The notes: generated by a model from the letters alone, not told the origin. Numbered from the stretch's first letter, positions 33,212 to 43,883 are shown. The stretch: DNA of 64,000 nucleotides from an uncultured Lentisphaerales bacterium (GCA_943788985.1 CALSSJ010000026.1:87744-151743), one strand, 5' to 3'. A program made the numbers and translations.

Positions 33212-34701
33212 TATCGTACCTCCTCGAGGTCGTAGACGATGGGTTCGGCCCCGGTCTTCAGCAAGGCCTCGTACATGGTCCGGATTTTTGGATTGCGCTT
33301 GATGTTACGGGCAATGGCCAGGTTGACTCGGTCAGCGCCACGCTTGAGTTCGGCTACGATCATCTCACGGGTCATGTCCGGGGTCGCTTCGAGGCGGCTC
33401 TTGATCTGCGAGAACTCGGTATTGACCGCGGAGATATTGATAAGCATACTGCGGCGCCGCGCACGGCCAAAGGGGATGGCCCGCAGAGAGGCCTCATGGA
33501 CTTCTTCCTCCCCAGGCCACTCGGGATTGATGAATTGCTCGAGCTTATTGTAGGCAATGTTGCCCGGTTTACTGTCGGCGCCGACATTGATCATTTCACT
33601 ATATTTTTCGCTGGCGAGATACTGCAGGAAATTGAGGGCTTGCTCTCGATTGGGGCTGGCGACGTTTATACCGGCGCAACGCGCACCGGTGGGGGTGTAG
33701 CGAGGGCCGTCGGCAAACCGTGGAATCTGGCACGCGCCCATCCGCAATACCTCTGGAGCATCGTTGGGGTCGGCGCCCGGATTCTCCTGCAACCAGATAT
33801 CGCGTTCCTTGCGCTGTTCGGTGATGAAGCGGCGAAAGCTGATGAGCATCCAGCGCGCCCCCCAGTACATGCCGATCTTGCCTTCGCCAAACCAGTTGTT
33901 GTAGCCGCCGCCCCAGCCGCCCTGGCTTGAGACGCCAGCTTTCTGCAACGGTGTGGGTTCGGCTTCAAGCCCATAGAACAGCTTGTGGTAAAAGACCAGG
34001 GCATCGAGAAAGGCTTCGCTGTCCATGGTGCAGCGCGTTCCCTCTTCGTTCAGGAACTCAGCCCCGTGTTGAAAGATCAGCGCATCGACCTTTACGCCAG
34101 CGGCCCCGAAGATGATGGGCAGACCGCGGACCTCGTCCTTTACGGTCAGCTGCTTGGCCAGGTCCATGTACTGCTGCCAGGTCAGATCCTCCGGCGGGTA
34201 GTCTATCCCGCGCGCATCAAACAGGTTTTTGTTGTAGATGAGGTAGGTGTGAAAGACGTTACAGGGATAGGCAAACATGCGGTCTTCAATCTGGCCGGCA
34301 TCGTTGAGGACCTTGAGAGTCGTTAACGGCCGCACGCTTTCGGCCAGGGTGTCGAGGCCAAAGCCCATGGCTTCCGCGTGGTCAGTGACATCCATCAGGA
34401 TCCCAGCCTCATGGTAGTTCTGGATGCTCCACCAGCCGACGTGCCCAATGATGTCCGGCCCCATGCCCGCGCAACTTTGCACGATGACCTTCATCGAATC
34501 GCTGTTGTCCGGGTCGATCCGTAAATTGCAGTCGGCATAGCGCTTATTAAACCATTCCAACTGCGGATCCCGCTGCGGATTGGGGTCGGTGGTCCAAACC
34601 AGTTGGGTCTTTCCAGGCTCGGGGGGCGCTGGCACCAGCATCTGGGCAACCAGACTCAGGATCCCGAGCAACACAAGCGCCCCGATGAAGAACTGTTTCA
34701 T
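33211..34701 (-). CDS. Sugar ABC transporter extracellular solute-binding protein
   Basis: N-terminal anchor, 'GMGPDII', 'LIYNKNLFD', 'TWQQYMDLAKQLT', 'FGEGKIGMY'; directly upstream of two permeases. Confidence 0.9.
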   Translation of the reverse strand: MKQFFIGALVLLGILSLVAQMLVPAPPEPGKTQLVWTTDPNPQRDPQLEWFNKRYADCNLRIDPDNSDSMKVIVQSCAGMGPDIIGHVGWWSIQNYHEAGILMDVTDHAEAMGFGLDTLAESVRPLTTLKVLNDAGQIEDRMFAYPCNVFHTYLIYNKNLFDARGIDYPPEDLTWQQYMDLAKQLTVKDEVRGLPIIFGAAGVKVDALIFQHGAEFLNEEGTRCTMDSEAFLDALVFYHKLFYGLEAEPTPLQKAGVSSQGGWGGGYNNWFGEGKIGMYWGARWMLISFRRFITEQRKERDIWLQENPGADPNDAPEVLRMGACQIPRFADGPRYTPTGARCAGINVASPNREQALNFLQYLASEKYSEMINVGADSKPGNIAYNKLEQFINPEWPGEEEVHEASLRAIPFGRARRRSMLINISAVNTEFSQIKSRLEATPDMTREMIVAELKRGADRVNLAIARNIKRNPKIRTMYEALLKTGAEPIVYDLEEVR

Positions 34702-34759
34702 GATGCTGCTCCGGCTTTGTTCATAGAAGGACTGCTGCGAGGTCGCAGGATAGAAAGGA

Positions 34760-35464
34760 TTAGTCCACGACCTCGATCTTGATGAGTTCGACTGTGATGG
34801 AGTCTCCCTCGTTTACATCACGAAACCCGTTCTGCATTGCATCGATGGTCGTGAATCTTGAAAGGTCGAGCTTGGAGATGACCACGCCATCTTTGCCCGC
34901 CGGCGACCATACCCAGCTGGGACTGGTGGAGACAGAGACTTGGTTCTTCTTGAAGTCCAACTCCATGACTACGGTGTGAGTCTCGCGCACCGGGCCGAGG
35001 CTGTCTACCAAGCGACCAGTGTTTTCAAACGCGAACTTGCCGCTTAGGTTATGGAAGAGATGGGCATGGATTTTGTCTTGCCCGAAGGCATCGCGAATCT
35101 GCAGCCCGACGTGCGCGTCTGCTTCGCGATCCTGCAGGCGCACCTGAAAGTGGGTGTTGCTGGTTGGCTCGGCCGAGAAGTCGATGGCACTAAAGGAGAT
35201 CTCCAGGCGCACGGTGGGTTTATCGGTGCAGTCGATGGGGGTGCTCAGGGGGATCATGCGGGTGAAGAACTCTTCTTTTGGCGTCAGCCGATAGGCGTCT
35301 TTTTGAGCGCCAAGCTTGTGTTGCGCAGGATTTTTCCAGCGCATGCCCAGCGCGGTGCCCTGCTTTGACCTATCGGAGCCTGCGCTGAAGGTCCACTCTT
35401 CGATTGTCTCGGCCTGGGTCACCAGGGCGAGGGCTGCAACTGCGAGTAGCCATGGCTTGATCAT
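34760..35464 (-). CDS. Secreted hypothetical protein (beta-sandwich/lectin-like)
   Basis: Signal peptide 'MIKPWLLAVAALALVTQA'; ATGA overlap with the upstream stop. Confidence 0.7.
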   Translation of the reverse strand: MIKPWLLAVAALALVTQAETIEEWTFSAGSDRSKQGTALGMRWKNPAQHKLGAQKDAYRLTPKEEFFTRMIPLSTPIDCTDKPTVRLEISFSAIDFSAEPTSNTHFQVRLQDREADAHVGLQIRDAFGQDKIHAHLFHNLSGKFAFENTGRLVDSLGPVRETHTVVMELDFKKNQVSVSTSPSWVWSPAGKDGVVISKLDLSRFTTIDAMQNGFRDVNEGDSITVELIKIEVVD

Positions 35465-38400
35465 GGTTCGTTTCCTGCTTTGCGATGGGGGGATGCGGTG
35501 GCTGCTGGCCATTGATATGCCAGTCGTGTGATGGAGTAGCCGGGGAGTAGCACGGTGCCGGTATCGGTTGGCTGTATCTGGGTCTGTTGCAGAGCAGTTT
35601 CATCCTCGAGCGCCGCTGCGAGTTGGCCCTTGGGAGACAGTTGGGTCACCTGCGTTGGGCGCAGCGTCGTTCCAGCGACGGCAAGTCCGTCGACCATTCG
35701 CGATTCGCCTCGCTTGTTCAGGATCATAACGTAGCAGGTGTGATCGCCAACAAAGGCAGCTGCTTCGAGATGCTGACCGTCGGGGCCAACCTCGATGGGG
35801 ATCACCTGCTGGCTGTTACGAACGGCCTCACCAAACAGAGACAGATGGCGAAACTGCGGCGTCGGCGTATCGATGATGCCGGGGCGCAGTGGGTCGAACC
35901 GAATGCTCTGCGTGAACGAATGCCAATGCGTCATGGTGACGCTGGGCCGGGTGAGAAAGCGCAGGAGCATCAGATCACTGTGCAGACAGCCCAGATGGCT
36001 ATGCCGTAAGCGATACTGCCGCAGTGCGCTGTTGGAAAAGCCGCCCATGCCATACTCGGTGACCCAGATTTCTTTGCCGGGAAAGCTGCGTTCGAGCAGG
36101 TTCAAGGCTGTGTTCAGATGCCGCTCTGCATAGCCGATGGCATTGGCGTAGGCTTCGGAAAACGGAAGCAGGTCCTTCCGCTTGACGTTGTGCTTCATGC
36201 CAGTATTGGAGTAGAGGTGGATAATTACGGCATCGTAGAAGGTCTCTTGTTCCAGCAGGGACATCCACTGTTGCTGGCGGCCTGGAAGGTGGTCTTGGCT
36301 GCCCTCCAGGAAGACTTCCATGGTGTAGATCTGACTGGGAATGACGACGCCGACTTTGGCCTCCGGGAAGATCTCGCGGATCATCGCGGTGGTCTGGCGG
36401 GCGCGGTCGACGTAGTCTTTGGCGCTCTTGAAGGCCCAGGCATATTGGGCAAAATAGAGTTCATTCCCGATTTCAATGGCTGGAATCTCACGGTCATCGG
36501 CAGCGAGCGTTTGCAGCCAGGCACGATTCTGTTCGAGGGTGCGGCAGGCGATGTTCAAGACCAGGCTGTAGCGGGCGCCAGTCTGCTCGGCGAAGGCGAA
36601 GAATGCATCCGGCGTCTTGCCGTGGCCACCACGCATGTCGCGGGTGCGTGCGTTGGCGGCCTTATAGTCATGGCGCGTCGGCGTATCCTCGTCCATGAAA
36701 CCGGTTTCGGGGTGATAGAAGTTTGCGCCTGTGCCGCCGGGAAAGCGAAAGAATGGCTTGCCTGCCTCACGGTACTTCTGGGCCAGATCGGGAGTATCGA
36801 ACCAGATTGGGGTCTGCGTGAGCTGGACGTTTGTGCCGAAACAATCCTGCTGCAGTGGTTGACTACGGGTGAGGTCCACCGCCAGAGCCAGCGGTCGGGC
36901 CGAACCAACGCCGGCAGCGGGCATCAGCACTGCCTTCGGTAACACCGTAGGCTGGTTCCATGCTTCCTTGCCGAAGCTGGAGGTCAGTGCGCTTTCTCGT
37001 TTCTGAGACTGGTCACTATCGTTGATGATGGTGCCAAAACCGAACACCTGGTTTGGCTCGAACGGCATCGGCTCCAAATAGCGTCTCGGAATCTTGAGTT
37101 CGTAAACCGTCGTGCCTGCAGCATGACGCATGACGACGGGGATATTGGTCTCGATTCCCGCCTTCAGGAAGCAGGATTGCCACTGCGGTACAAACTGGCG
37201 GATCACGTCTTCGCCCGCAATCGTGTAGGCGTAATCGTCGTCCATGTTCAGGTTGTTCGTGCGGGCGTCGCCGAAGGTGTCGAAGAAGAGTTGCAGCGAG
37301 TCCTTCTGATAGGCTTTCTTGTGGATCGGATTTCGGGTATGATGGTCGTCCAGGACCTCATAGGCGAGATAGAGTGCCTCGTCATCCCAGCACATCCACG
37401 AGCGCGCGGCATGGTCCGCCTCGTCCTGCCATGCCGCCGGCTCGTACTCAATCCGGTGCTCGGGTTTGAATCGATACGGCTTGTACGCCTGCCAGTCATG
37501 CAGCTTGCCGTCCAGGACGATGGCATTCGTGCGCCTGGCGCAGCCGATGATCGAAAGCTCAAGCGTGTCCTCCGCGAGCAGCTCTCCGCTCTCCCATAAT
37601 TCGTAGCTGAGCACGGCTTCGTTGGCGCTGGACTTTGCGGCCAGCGGCTGCGGGAATGAAAGTGAGAATGCCTGTTGTTCCAACGGGGGAATTTCGTAGG
37701 CGATAGTGTCTGGCTCGCCGTTGACCCGATACTGAAGTGTGCCGGAAATCTGCTGCCTGAGGTTGTTGGTGACCAGGATCTCGCCTGACGTTGGCGTGCG
37801 CACACGGGCCGCTGCCTTGATGCCGGTCTGGCGCGATAGCAGAACAGTGCCCTTGCTCAACGCAGCCGCTGTCGCCTCCAGGCTCTGGCCATGAATCAGC
37901 ACCGGCATGTACCCCAGCTCGAACCGGGTGACGTTCGCTTGCTGCTGTTGGGCCAGCTCGCGGCCCATCAGGTCGGTCACGCGGATATCATCGTGTGGCA
38001 AGGCAAAGGTATATGGCTCGCGCTGCAGCATCGCCAAGGCTTCATCGTAGTCCCACAGTGCCGCCACAGCCCCGCCGTTGCCATCATCGAACAGGTAGCA
38101 GCGCGACGAATCGCTGAACGAAAATTCGCGGACGAAGGCGGCATTGCCGAGGTACCGGGCAAGCGCATGATAGGCCATCCCCGTTTCACGCGGAATGCCT
38201 TCCATGACGTCGACGCCCTGGCTGCCATGCCAGGTGACATTGGCACGGATTCGATCCGCGTACTTCAGCACAGTCAAGATGGTCCGGACATTCATCGCCA
38301 CCGCCGCCTTGTACCCATGCAGGTCCAGGCTCACAGGCATGGCGTTGACGTTGCTGAAGGTCGTCGGATGCTTATACTGGTAGTAGCCCATGGCAGGCAC

Positions 38401-40092
38401 TTGGTCGCTGATATAAAAGTGCCCCTCCGTCAGCCAGATCTCCGGAAACTGCCACCTATCAGCCAGCGCGATCACCGCCTCCAAACGATTCGCCAGGCTC
38501 GGATTCTCCGGCGTCTTCTGATAAGTGTGAATCGCCAGAATATCGAAATACTCTCGCGTCCCCGATGCCAGCATTGTGTCCAGCCAGCTGCATTTTGCCG
38601 GACTGCACGCGGACGGATCCGAGGTAATGCGAATGGCATCTGGGACGGCCTTTTTCAATTCCTCGTGCAGAATGCGGATGAACTGTTTGTGCGTGTTCGG
38701 ATTGTTGATCAGCGGTGCCTTGTACCACTCCGGCTCATTGATGAACTTATAGTAGCTGAAGTGGTCATGGGTTTGAAAGTAGCGCGCGCAGCGTTCGCGC
38801 AACTCCTGCTCCAGGGCCGCATCGACTTCGGTCAGATTCTGATTGTCGCGAATCTGTTTCTTGTACCAGCGGTTGTCATCGAGCCCGCCCAGGAATCCAG
38901 GCCGCAGGATATCCTCATTCGTATAGACGTCGTATAGCCAGCGCGCATCATGCGGCTTGTTGACCCAGAACATCCCAAAGCCCAGCTGGTTCATCAGCCG
39001 GGCGTGGATCTCATGGTGGTGAGTCGGGTTCGCCCCGCCAAAGGCGAAGAGCTTGCTGTGCTTCACGTTCTTCGCATAGAGCGGCTCAATCACGGCCATA
39101 CGAACATGAAGGTAATCCTGGTACAGATGGGTGCGGTCGGTAAGATCAAAGCGCAGGCCGTACAGGCCGATGTAATCGTACAACGCGTCATCCTCCAGCG
39201 GCTGGCTCAGCGACACCTGCCCGCCCGGCGGCAACGCCAACGCCGGAAACGTGAACATACCAAGCTTATTGCGGAAGAAATCGTGAATGCTCAGGCGAAC
39301 ATCCGTCTCATAGGCACGCGCAGACACATTACTGACCGTGAAGGCCAGGACCTTTTTCTGCCCCTTCTCGAACACCTTCGGCGACGACATCGCGATCTCG
39401 AGATCCTTCGACACGTACGGGCCCGGGCTTTCTGCTCGTTCCATCATCAAGCCATCCAGCCAGAAATAGCACGTCTCGCGCCCGTTTACGCCCGCCGGGT
39501 CGAAATGGCGGTTCCCAGACCACATTTGCCCAATCAGCAGCGTGGCAACCGGGCTGCGTGCAGTAAAGCTGAGTGAGTAGCGCTGCCAGTCTTGGGTCAG
39601 CGAGACCCCTTGGTTGGCTTGCCACTTTCCCCAGATGTCGCTTTGAATCAGCGTCGTAATCCGATGGCCGTTAACCTCGGACTTGGCATAGAAGCTGAGG
39701 GTATAGGTCTGGCCCGGCTGGGTTTGGCTCATCAGTGCCTTGAGCATCACGCCCGGCCCATTCCAGGCCAGCACCCGCAGGCTTTGGCTGCCATGGACGC
39801 GGGTGCTCTGGTCAATGAAGAGAAAATCCCGATCCCATTGCTGCCGTGGAATCGGACTGAACGACAGTGAACTCCAACCGTTCAGGCCCTGCTCGAAACT
39901 GGGATTGGCCAGCTTATTGCGGGTCAGCTTATAATTCGGCAGTGTCGACTGATTGTTGGCAGTAAAGGCAATCGGATCAAAGATGCCGTCGATGTTCACA
40001 TGGTTGGGCTCGTCTGCGCAGGTACCTACCGCACACAGTGCCAGGCAGACGGCGGAGGCCGCGAAGATTCGTGCATACTGCGTGGGGATCAT
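35461..40092 (-). CDS. Large multidomain glycoside hydrolase: CBM4/9-like, clan GH-A domain, CBM9-like, second GH-A (GH79/GH51-like) domain
   Basis: 'LANPSFEQGLNGW'; 'FINEPE...IWLTEG'; 'IVLDGKLHDW...WDDEALYLAYEVLDD'; 'FRFPGGT...EIGNELY...IWVTEYG'. Confidence 0.8.
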   Translation of the reverse strand: MIPTQYARIFAASAVCLALCAVGTCADEPNHVNIDGIFDPIAFTANNQSTLPNYKLTRNKLANPSFEQGLNGWSSLSFSPIPRQQWDRDFLFIDQSTRVHGSQSLRVLAWNGPGVMLKALMSQTQPGQTYTLSFYAKSEVNGHRITTLIQSDIWGKWQANQGVSLTQDWQRYSLSFTARSPVATLLIGQMWSGNRHFDPAGVNGRETCYFWLDGLMMERAESPGPYVSKDLEIAMSSPKVFEKGQKKVLAFTVSNVSARAYETDVRLSIHDFFRNKLGMFTFPALALPPGGQVSLSQPLEDDALYDYIGLYGLRFDLTDRTHLYQDYLHVRMAVIEPLYAKNVKHSKLFAFGGANPTHHHEIHARLMNQLGFGMFWVNKPHDARWLYDVYTNEDILRPGFLGGLDDNRWYKKQIRDNQNLTEVDAALEQELRERCARYFQTHDHFSYYKFINEPEWYKAPLINNPNTHKQFIRILHEELKKAVPDAIRITSDPSACSPAKCSWLDTMLASGTREYFDILAIHTYQKTPENPSLANRLEAVIALADRWQFPEIWLTEGHFYISDQVPAMGYYQYKHPTTFSNVNAMPVSLDLHGYKAAVAMNVRTILTVLKYADRIRANVTWHGSQGVDVMEGIPRETGMAYHALARYLGNAAFVREFSFSDSSRCYLFDDGNGGAVAALWDYDEALAMLQREPYTFALPHDDIRVTDLMGRELAQQQQANVTRFELGYMPVLIHGQSLEATAAALSKGTVLLSRQTGIKAAARVRTPTSGEILVTNNLRQQISGTLQYRVNGEPDTIAYEIPPLEQQAFSLSFPQPLAAKSSANEAVLSYELWESGELLAEDTLELSIIGCARRTNAIVLDGKLHDWQAYKPYRFKPEHRIEYEPAAWQDEADHAARSWMCWDDEALYLAYEVLDDHHTRNPIHKKAYQKDSLQLFFDTFGDARTNNLNMDDDYAYTIAGEDVIRQFVPQWQSCFLKAGIETNIPVVMRHAAGTTVYELKIPRRYLEPMPFEPNQVFGFGTIINDSDQSQKRESALTSSFGKEAWNQPTVLPKAVLMPAAGVGSARPLALAVDLTRSQPLQQDCFGTNVQLTQTPIWFDTPDLAQKYREAGKPFFRFPGGTGANFYHPETGFMDEDTPTRHDYKAANARTRDMRGGHGKTPDAFFAFAEQTGARYSLVLNIACRTLEQNRAWLQTLAADDREIPAIEIGNELYFAQYAWAFKSAKDYVDRARQTTAMIREIFPEAKVGVVIPSQIYTMEVFLEGSQDHLPGRQQQWMSLLEQETFYDAVIIHLYSNTGMKHNVKRKDLLPFSEAYANAIGYAERHLNTALNLLERSFPGKEIWVTEYGMGGFSNSALRQYRLRHSHLGCLHSDLMLLRFLTRPSVTMTHWHSFTQSIRFDPLRPGIIDTPTPQFRHLSLFGEAVRNSQQVIPIEVGPDGQHLEAAAFVGDHTCYVMILNKRGESRMVDGLAVAGTTLRPTQVTQLSPKGQLAAALEDETALQQTQIQPTDTGTVLLPGYSITRLAYQWPAATASPHRKAGNEP

Positions 40093-40093
40093 C

Positions 40094-40918
40094 TCAGTTC
40101 AGCCCCTGACAATCCCACATCGTGCCATCCGATCGACTCTCAGTCCAAGGACGTACGCCGAGATAGGAGTCACCAAAGTTAAACTTCTCTGCGTGGCCAT
40201 CGCCGAACAGCCCCTGCTGGAACAGCCAGCCATGCACCCAGAAGTCGAACGACAGCCCCAGGTCGTTGATCTTCTGGACCGTAACGGCAGAATTCGAGGG
40301 CGCCCCGCAGTTGTTCCATGGACTGGCAACGTCGCTCATGACGATTCGCGCAGCAGGATCAACCACCTGCTCCAACTTCAGCGAGAACTCATCACCGGGG
40401 GCGACCAAGCCGACTCCGCTGCCGCCATCCGACACCCCCGTCATGTAGCGGCTTGCAAGGTCCGTGGGATCGCCGTGATTGAGAGCATAGGATCGCCTGG
40501 TTCGCGTGCCCACTGTCGCTCCCGGCAAACGATCGTCCAGCGGACAATGGTAGACCGGAAAGGCGAAGGCGGGGGCATCGGTGGCGGCTGGCGTTGAGCC
40601 CCCCGGATTCACGCCTTCGACCTGCCAGGTCTCGAGCGCCCGGCCATCGAACCCGTTGAGCAAGTCATCCCACGTGACCGAATACGTCCCTCCGTCTCCG
40701 TTGTTCGTTGGATAATGTCCTTCGTACTCGTCTGCATACATCATGATTGCCGCCCCAATCTGCTTGATGTTATTCAGGCAGACCGCCGTGCGGGAAGTCT
40801 CTCTTGCCTTGGCCAACGACGGCAGCAGCAGCGAAGCCAAGATCGCGATGATCGCAATCACCACAAGCAGCTCAATCAACGTGAAAGTCATCTGTCGTTC
40901 GGGGGGGCCCTGCTTCAC
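40094..40918 (-). CDS. Prepilin-type N-terminal cleavage/methylation and H-X9-DG domain protein
   Basis: GAAGGAG RBS plus GTG 40918; '[40 protein letters not shown]', '[14 protein letters not shown]'. Confidence 0.92.
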   Translation of the reverse strand: MKQGPPERQMTFTLIELLVVIAIIAILASLLLPSLAKARETSRTAVCLNNIKQIGAAIMMYADEYEGHYPTNNGDGGTYSVTWDDLLNGFDGRALETWQVEGVNPGGSTPAATDAPAFAFPVYHCPLDDRLPGATVGTRTRRSYALNHGDPTDLASRYMTGVSDGGSGVGLVAPGDEFSLKLEQVVDPAARIVMSDVASPWNNCGAPSNSAVTVQKINDLGLSFDFWVHGWLFQQGLFGDGHAEKFNFGDSYLGVRPWTESRSDGTMWDCQGLN

Positions 40919-41133
40919 GGTTTCTCCTTCAGAGTGAAACGACGGCACATACAGCCTGGATCGTTCGCCTTGCTCTGCGCAAGGAACGGGACTCAGTGAG
41001 CTTATGAGGCATTTTGGATGCTCCGGTGTGCTACTGGGCGCGAGTCGACACTGGTCCATCGGCGAGGTGTCGCCAGTGCAGTGGAGCGCCGAAAGGCCCT
41101 AGCATTGTTGCCACGAACTTGCGACACACCACA

Positions 41134-42651
41134 CTAGCGTACTCGGATTAGAAGCCCACTGGTGACGACCGTAATATTGACGAATGTGCCCCCAATGTGA
41201 TCACCAGTAAAATTCGCGCCGGGACTGGTTGCGTCGTAGTCGATCCGCCAGGCATTGGGGCCAACGTCAAAGGTGTCGCCGTCGAGAAGTGGATCACCGC
41301 CGACCGTGAAGCTCCCGTTGTTCCACGTACCGTTGTAATCGATCAGGGTGTAGGTAGTTCCGCGAGCCAGGGCCACGGGACTACTGGCAAGGTCGGAGAC
41401 AGCGAGGGTGACAGTTCCGCTAAGGCTCAGTGCACCTACACCGCCCGTGAGCCCACTGTTGATGACAAGAAGGTCGGCGGCCGTTGCCGCCGCTGCGCTG
41501 GAGTCGAGCTCAACGGCCAGGGTCGAGCCGTCGCTGAAAGTCGCATCCGCGACAGCTAACGATTCGATGCTGGCTCCCGGCGCGAGAGTACCGCCCGATT
41601 GTACGCTTACCGCGCCCGCTATCGAGCCGCTTCCGCCGAGAACGCCGCCATTCACCGTATACGCGGTACCACCGGTGTAGGCTCCGTTGACGAGCAACGT
41701 CCCGTCGTTGACTGTCGTCGTACCCGTGTAGGTATTGGCGCCGCCGGACAGAATCCATTTTCCAGCGTCATTCTTGACCAGACTGTTAAGGCCCGTTGCG
41801 TTGTGGTCGCGCAGATCGCCGTTGATTTCGTTGTCATTCGTGTTTGTGCCTGCAAGGGTAAAGATACGGGCCACAGCTGGGTCAGGATCGGTCGCAAGTG
41901 AGCCGTTGAAGATCACCCTGGCGGCGCCCGTCAGGCTACTCGTAAAGGTACCATCTCCTGTCTTGGTCGGGCCGCCACCGCCTACTTTCTCGCTGCCGTT
42001 CTTGAACGGGCGACCGACTGTAATGTCGGAACTGCCGACAAACTCAAGGGTGCAATCAGAGCTGTCGCCCCAGACATCGGCAATCACGTCGCCCAATGCG
42101 CCACCAGTCGTAATCTGCACGGTCCCATCCCCACCGGTCAGGCTCGAAAAATCGTTTGCGGCATTGGTCAGCCTCAGCGTGCCAGTACCGATCTTATTCA
42201 CGTTCGCAAAGGTCGTGTCAGTAATCACCCCGTTAATGATCAAGAGTTGATTATCCGACACACTGAAATTCGAAAAGCTATTCACCATGTTGATCGCGAG
42301 GTCAATGACGTGCGTACGCGTCAGGCTGGCGTTCACAGCCACGGCTACTGCACCAGCCAGGTCAATGGCGTTTCCACTCAGCGTAAAGTCCACTGCTCCG
42401 GGGCGAAATTCAATCCTGTTAAAGGACGTACCAGCAGGAAAGTCGTTGACTGGGGTCGTCCGCGTGCCGCCATTGAAATAGAGGCCGTCGCCAGCGGTGG
42501 GAGTCCCAATATCCCAGTTTGCTGCGGTCGTCCAGTTGTTGTCGGAGCCACCTCCGGTCCAAAAGTGGGTATCCGCTAGCGCCAGGTGCGTCGCGAGAAC
42601 TAGGAAGGCCAGACCCGCGGGGGTGGTCAAGAGACTGGTGGGGTTCGTCAT
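41134..42651 (-). CDS. Autotransporter-associated beta-strand repeat protein (no beta-barrel)
   Basis: Signal peptide, 'WTGGGSDNNWTTAANW', 'LVKNDAGKWILSGGANTYTGTTTVNDGTLLVNG', 'GGTLAPG'; C-terminus 'VTSGLLIRVR'. Confidence 0.9.
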   Translation of the reverse strand: MTNPTSLLTTPAGLAFLVLATHLALADTHFWTGGGSDNNWTTAANWDIGTPTAGDGLYFNGGTRTTPVNDFPAGTSFNRIEFRPGAVDFTLSGNAIDLAGAVAVAVNASLTRTHVIDLAINMVNSFSNFSVSDNQLLIINGVITDTTFANVNKIGTGTLRLTNAANDFSSLTGGDGTVQITTGGALGDVIADVWGDSSDCTLEFVGSSDITVGRPFKNGSEKVGGGGPTKTGDGTFTSSLTGAARVIFNGSLATDPDPAVARIFTLAGTNTNDNEINGDLRDHNATGLNSLVKNDAGKWILSGGANTYTGTTTVNDGTLLVNGAYTGGTAYTVNGGVLGGSGSIAGAVSVQSGGTLAPGASIESLAVADATFSDGSTLAVELDSSAAAATAADLLVINSGLTGGVGALSLSGTVTLAVSDLASSPVALARGTTYTLIDYNGTWNNGSFTVGGDPLLDGDTFDVGPNAWRIDYDATSPGANFTGDHIGGTFVNITVVTSGLLIRVR

Positions 42652-42715
42652 GGCGTTCTTCTCCTTTTCTTACGACAGGCACGACCGTACAAGATTACGG
42701 CCTCACGTGACCCGG

Positions 42716-42744
42716 ACTATAGCCCGGCTGCTGACACGTGTCAA
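42716..42744 (-). promoter_or_regulatory. Sigma70-type promoter overlapped by a perfect palindromic operator (TGACACGTGTCA, 42732-42743)
   Basis: Minus strand TTGACA-17 bp-TATAGT upstream of the 42651 gene. The 12-bp CG-centred palindrome is of LacI-operator type, and a LacI gene is adjacent. Confidence 0.75.
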
Positions 42745-42852
42745 CAGAAAATCTCTGAGCCTGTGAGCTGGGTGCATGTCAACTCTGAAGATGGCGCCCC
42801 GCTTCAGGTCGACCGATCTACATTACTCACATTTCGCAGTTGCAGTTAGGGC

Positions 42853-43863
42853 TTATTTTTGCTCGGCGGGTCCACTGGATCCCCGGACAATCAGGGTGGG
42901 AGTGGCCTCGAGCCGCCGAGGCGGAAGCTCGTCTGAGGACTGGGCTTCGACGCGGTCGAGCAGAAAGCGTGCGGCCTGCTCTCCCATGTCTTCCGGGCTT
43001 TGCTGGACGGACGACAGGGGCGGCGCCAGCAAAGAGCAACTGGGGGCATCGGAGTAGCCGACAAGCGAGAGCTCGCTGCCAATTTGGATGCCCAGCTTTT
43101 GCGCGGCCTGGTAGACGCCGAACGCGAGCGGGTCGGTGACGGCAAAGATGGCAGTCGGGCGCGGCTGCAGCTTGAGTAATTCGATTGCGGCGTCCTCGGC
43201 AGCATCGAAAGGGGCTGCGCTTATGGCAGAGCAGAGCGTGCCATGGACGGTCCGCAGCTTCTGCTCGAATCCTTCGGCCCGCGCCTGGGTAGTATGGAAC
43301 CAGGGGCCCAGCAACATGCCGAAGCGACGATGTCCGTTCGCGAGCAGGTGCTCGGCCACGAGCGAGCCACCGGTCTTGTCGTCAGTGCCCACATAGTCGA
43401 CGTGCGGGGCCGTCGGCAGCGGGGCATCAATGGTTACCAGAGGGATATGCCACTTCTCTACTTCGGTGCGCCAGATGTCGGCATCAAGGCCAGCAGGGGG
43501 GCGTAAGATGATCCCGTCAACACGGCGATCAATGAGTCGGTGAAGCTGATCGAGCAGCGGCTCTCGTTTCGAGGGAGCGAGCAGGAGGGGCATGTAGCCT
43601 CGGGGGGCAAGGGTGTCATGAATGCTACTCAGGACCGTAGCAAAAAATGGATCAGAGAGCCCGAGAATAACGCCAATGCTGCGGGTTCTCCCAGTTTGCA
43701 TGCTACTGGCCGCGAGATTAGGACGATAGCCCATCTCTGCGGCAGCCTGCCGAATACGCTCGCGGGTCTGCGGATCCAGGCGGCCCGTTCCAGACAGTGC
43801 ATAGGAAACTGCCGTACGGCTCACGCCCAAACGCTCCGCCACATCCTTCATCACCACTGCCAT
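42853..43863 (-). CDS. LacI family transcriptional regulator
   Basis: 'VVMKDVAERLGVSRTAVSYALSG...MGYRPN', 'RRVDGIIL', 'RPTAIFAVTD'. Confidence 0.95.
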   Translation of the reverse strand: MAVVMKDVAERLGVSRTAVSYALSGTGRLDPQTRERIRQAAAEMGYRPNLAASSMQTGRTRSIGVILGLSDPFFATVLSSIHDTLAPRGYMPLLLAPSKREPLLDQLHRLIDRRVDGIILRPPAGLDADIWRTEVEKWHIPLVTIDAPLPTAPHVDYVGTDDKTGGSLVAEHLLANGHRRFGMLLGPWFHTTQARAEGFEQKLRTVHGTLCSAISAAPFDAAEDAAIELLKLQPRPTAIFAVTDPLAFGVYQAAQKLGIQIGSELSLVGYSDAPSCSLLAPPLSSVQQSPEDMGEQAARFLLDRVEAQSSDELPPRRLEATPTLIVRGSSGPAEQK

Positions 43864-43883
43864 AGCTACTAACCCAGTTTACT

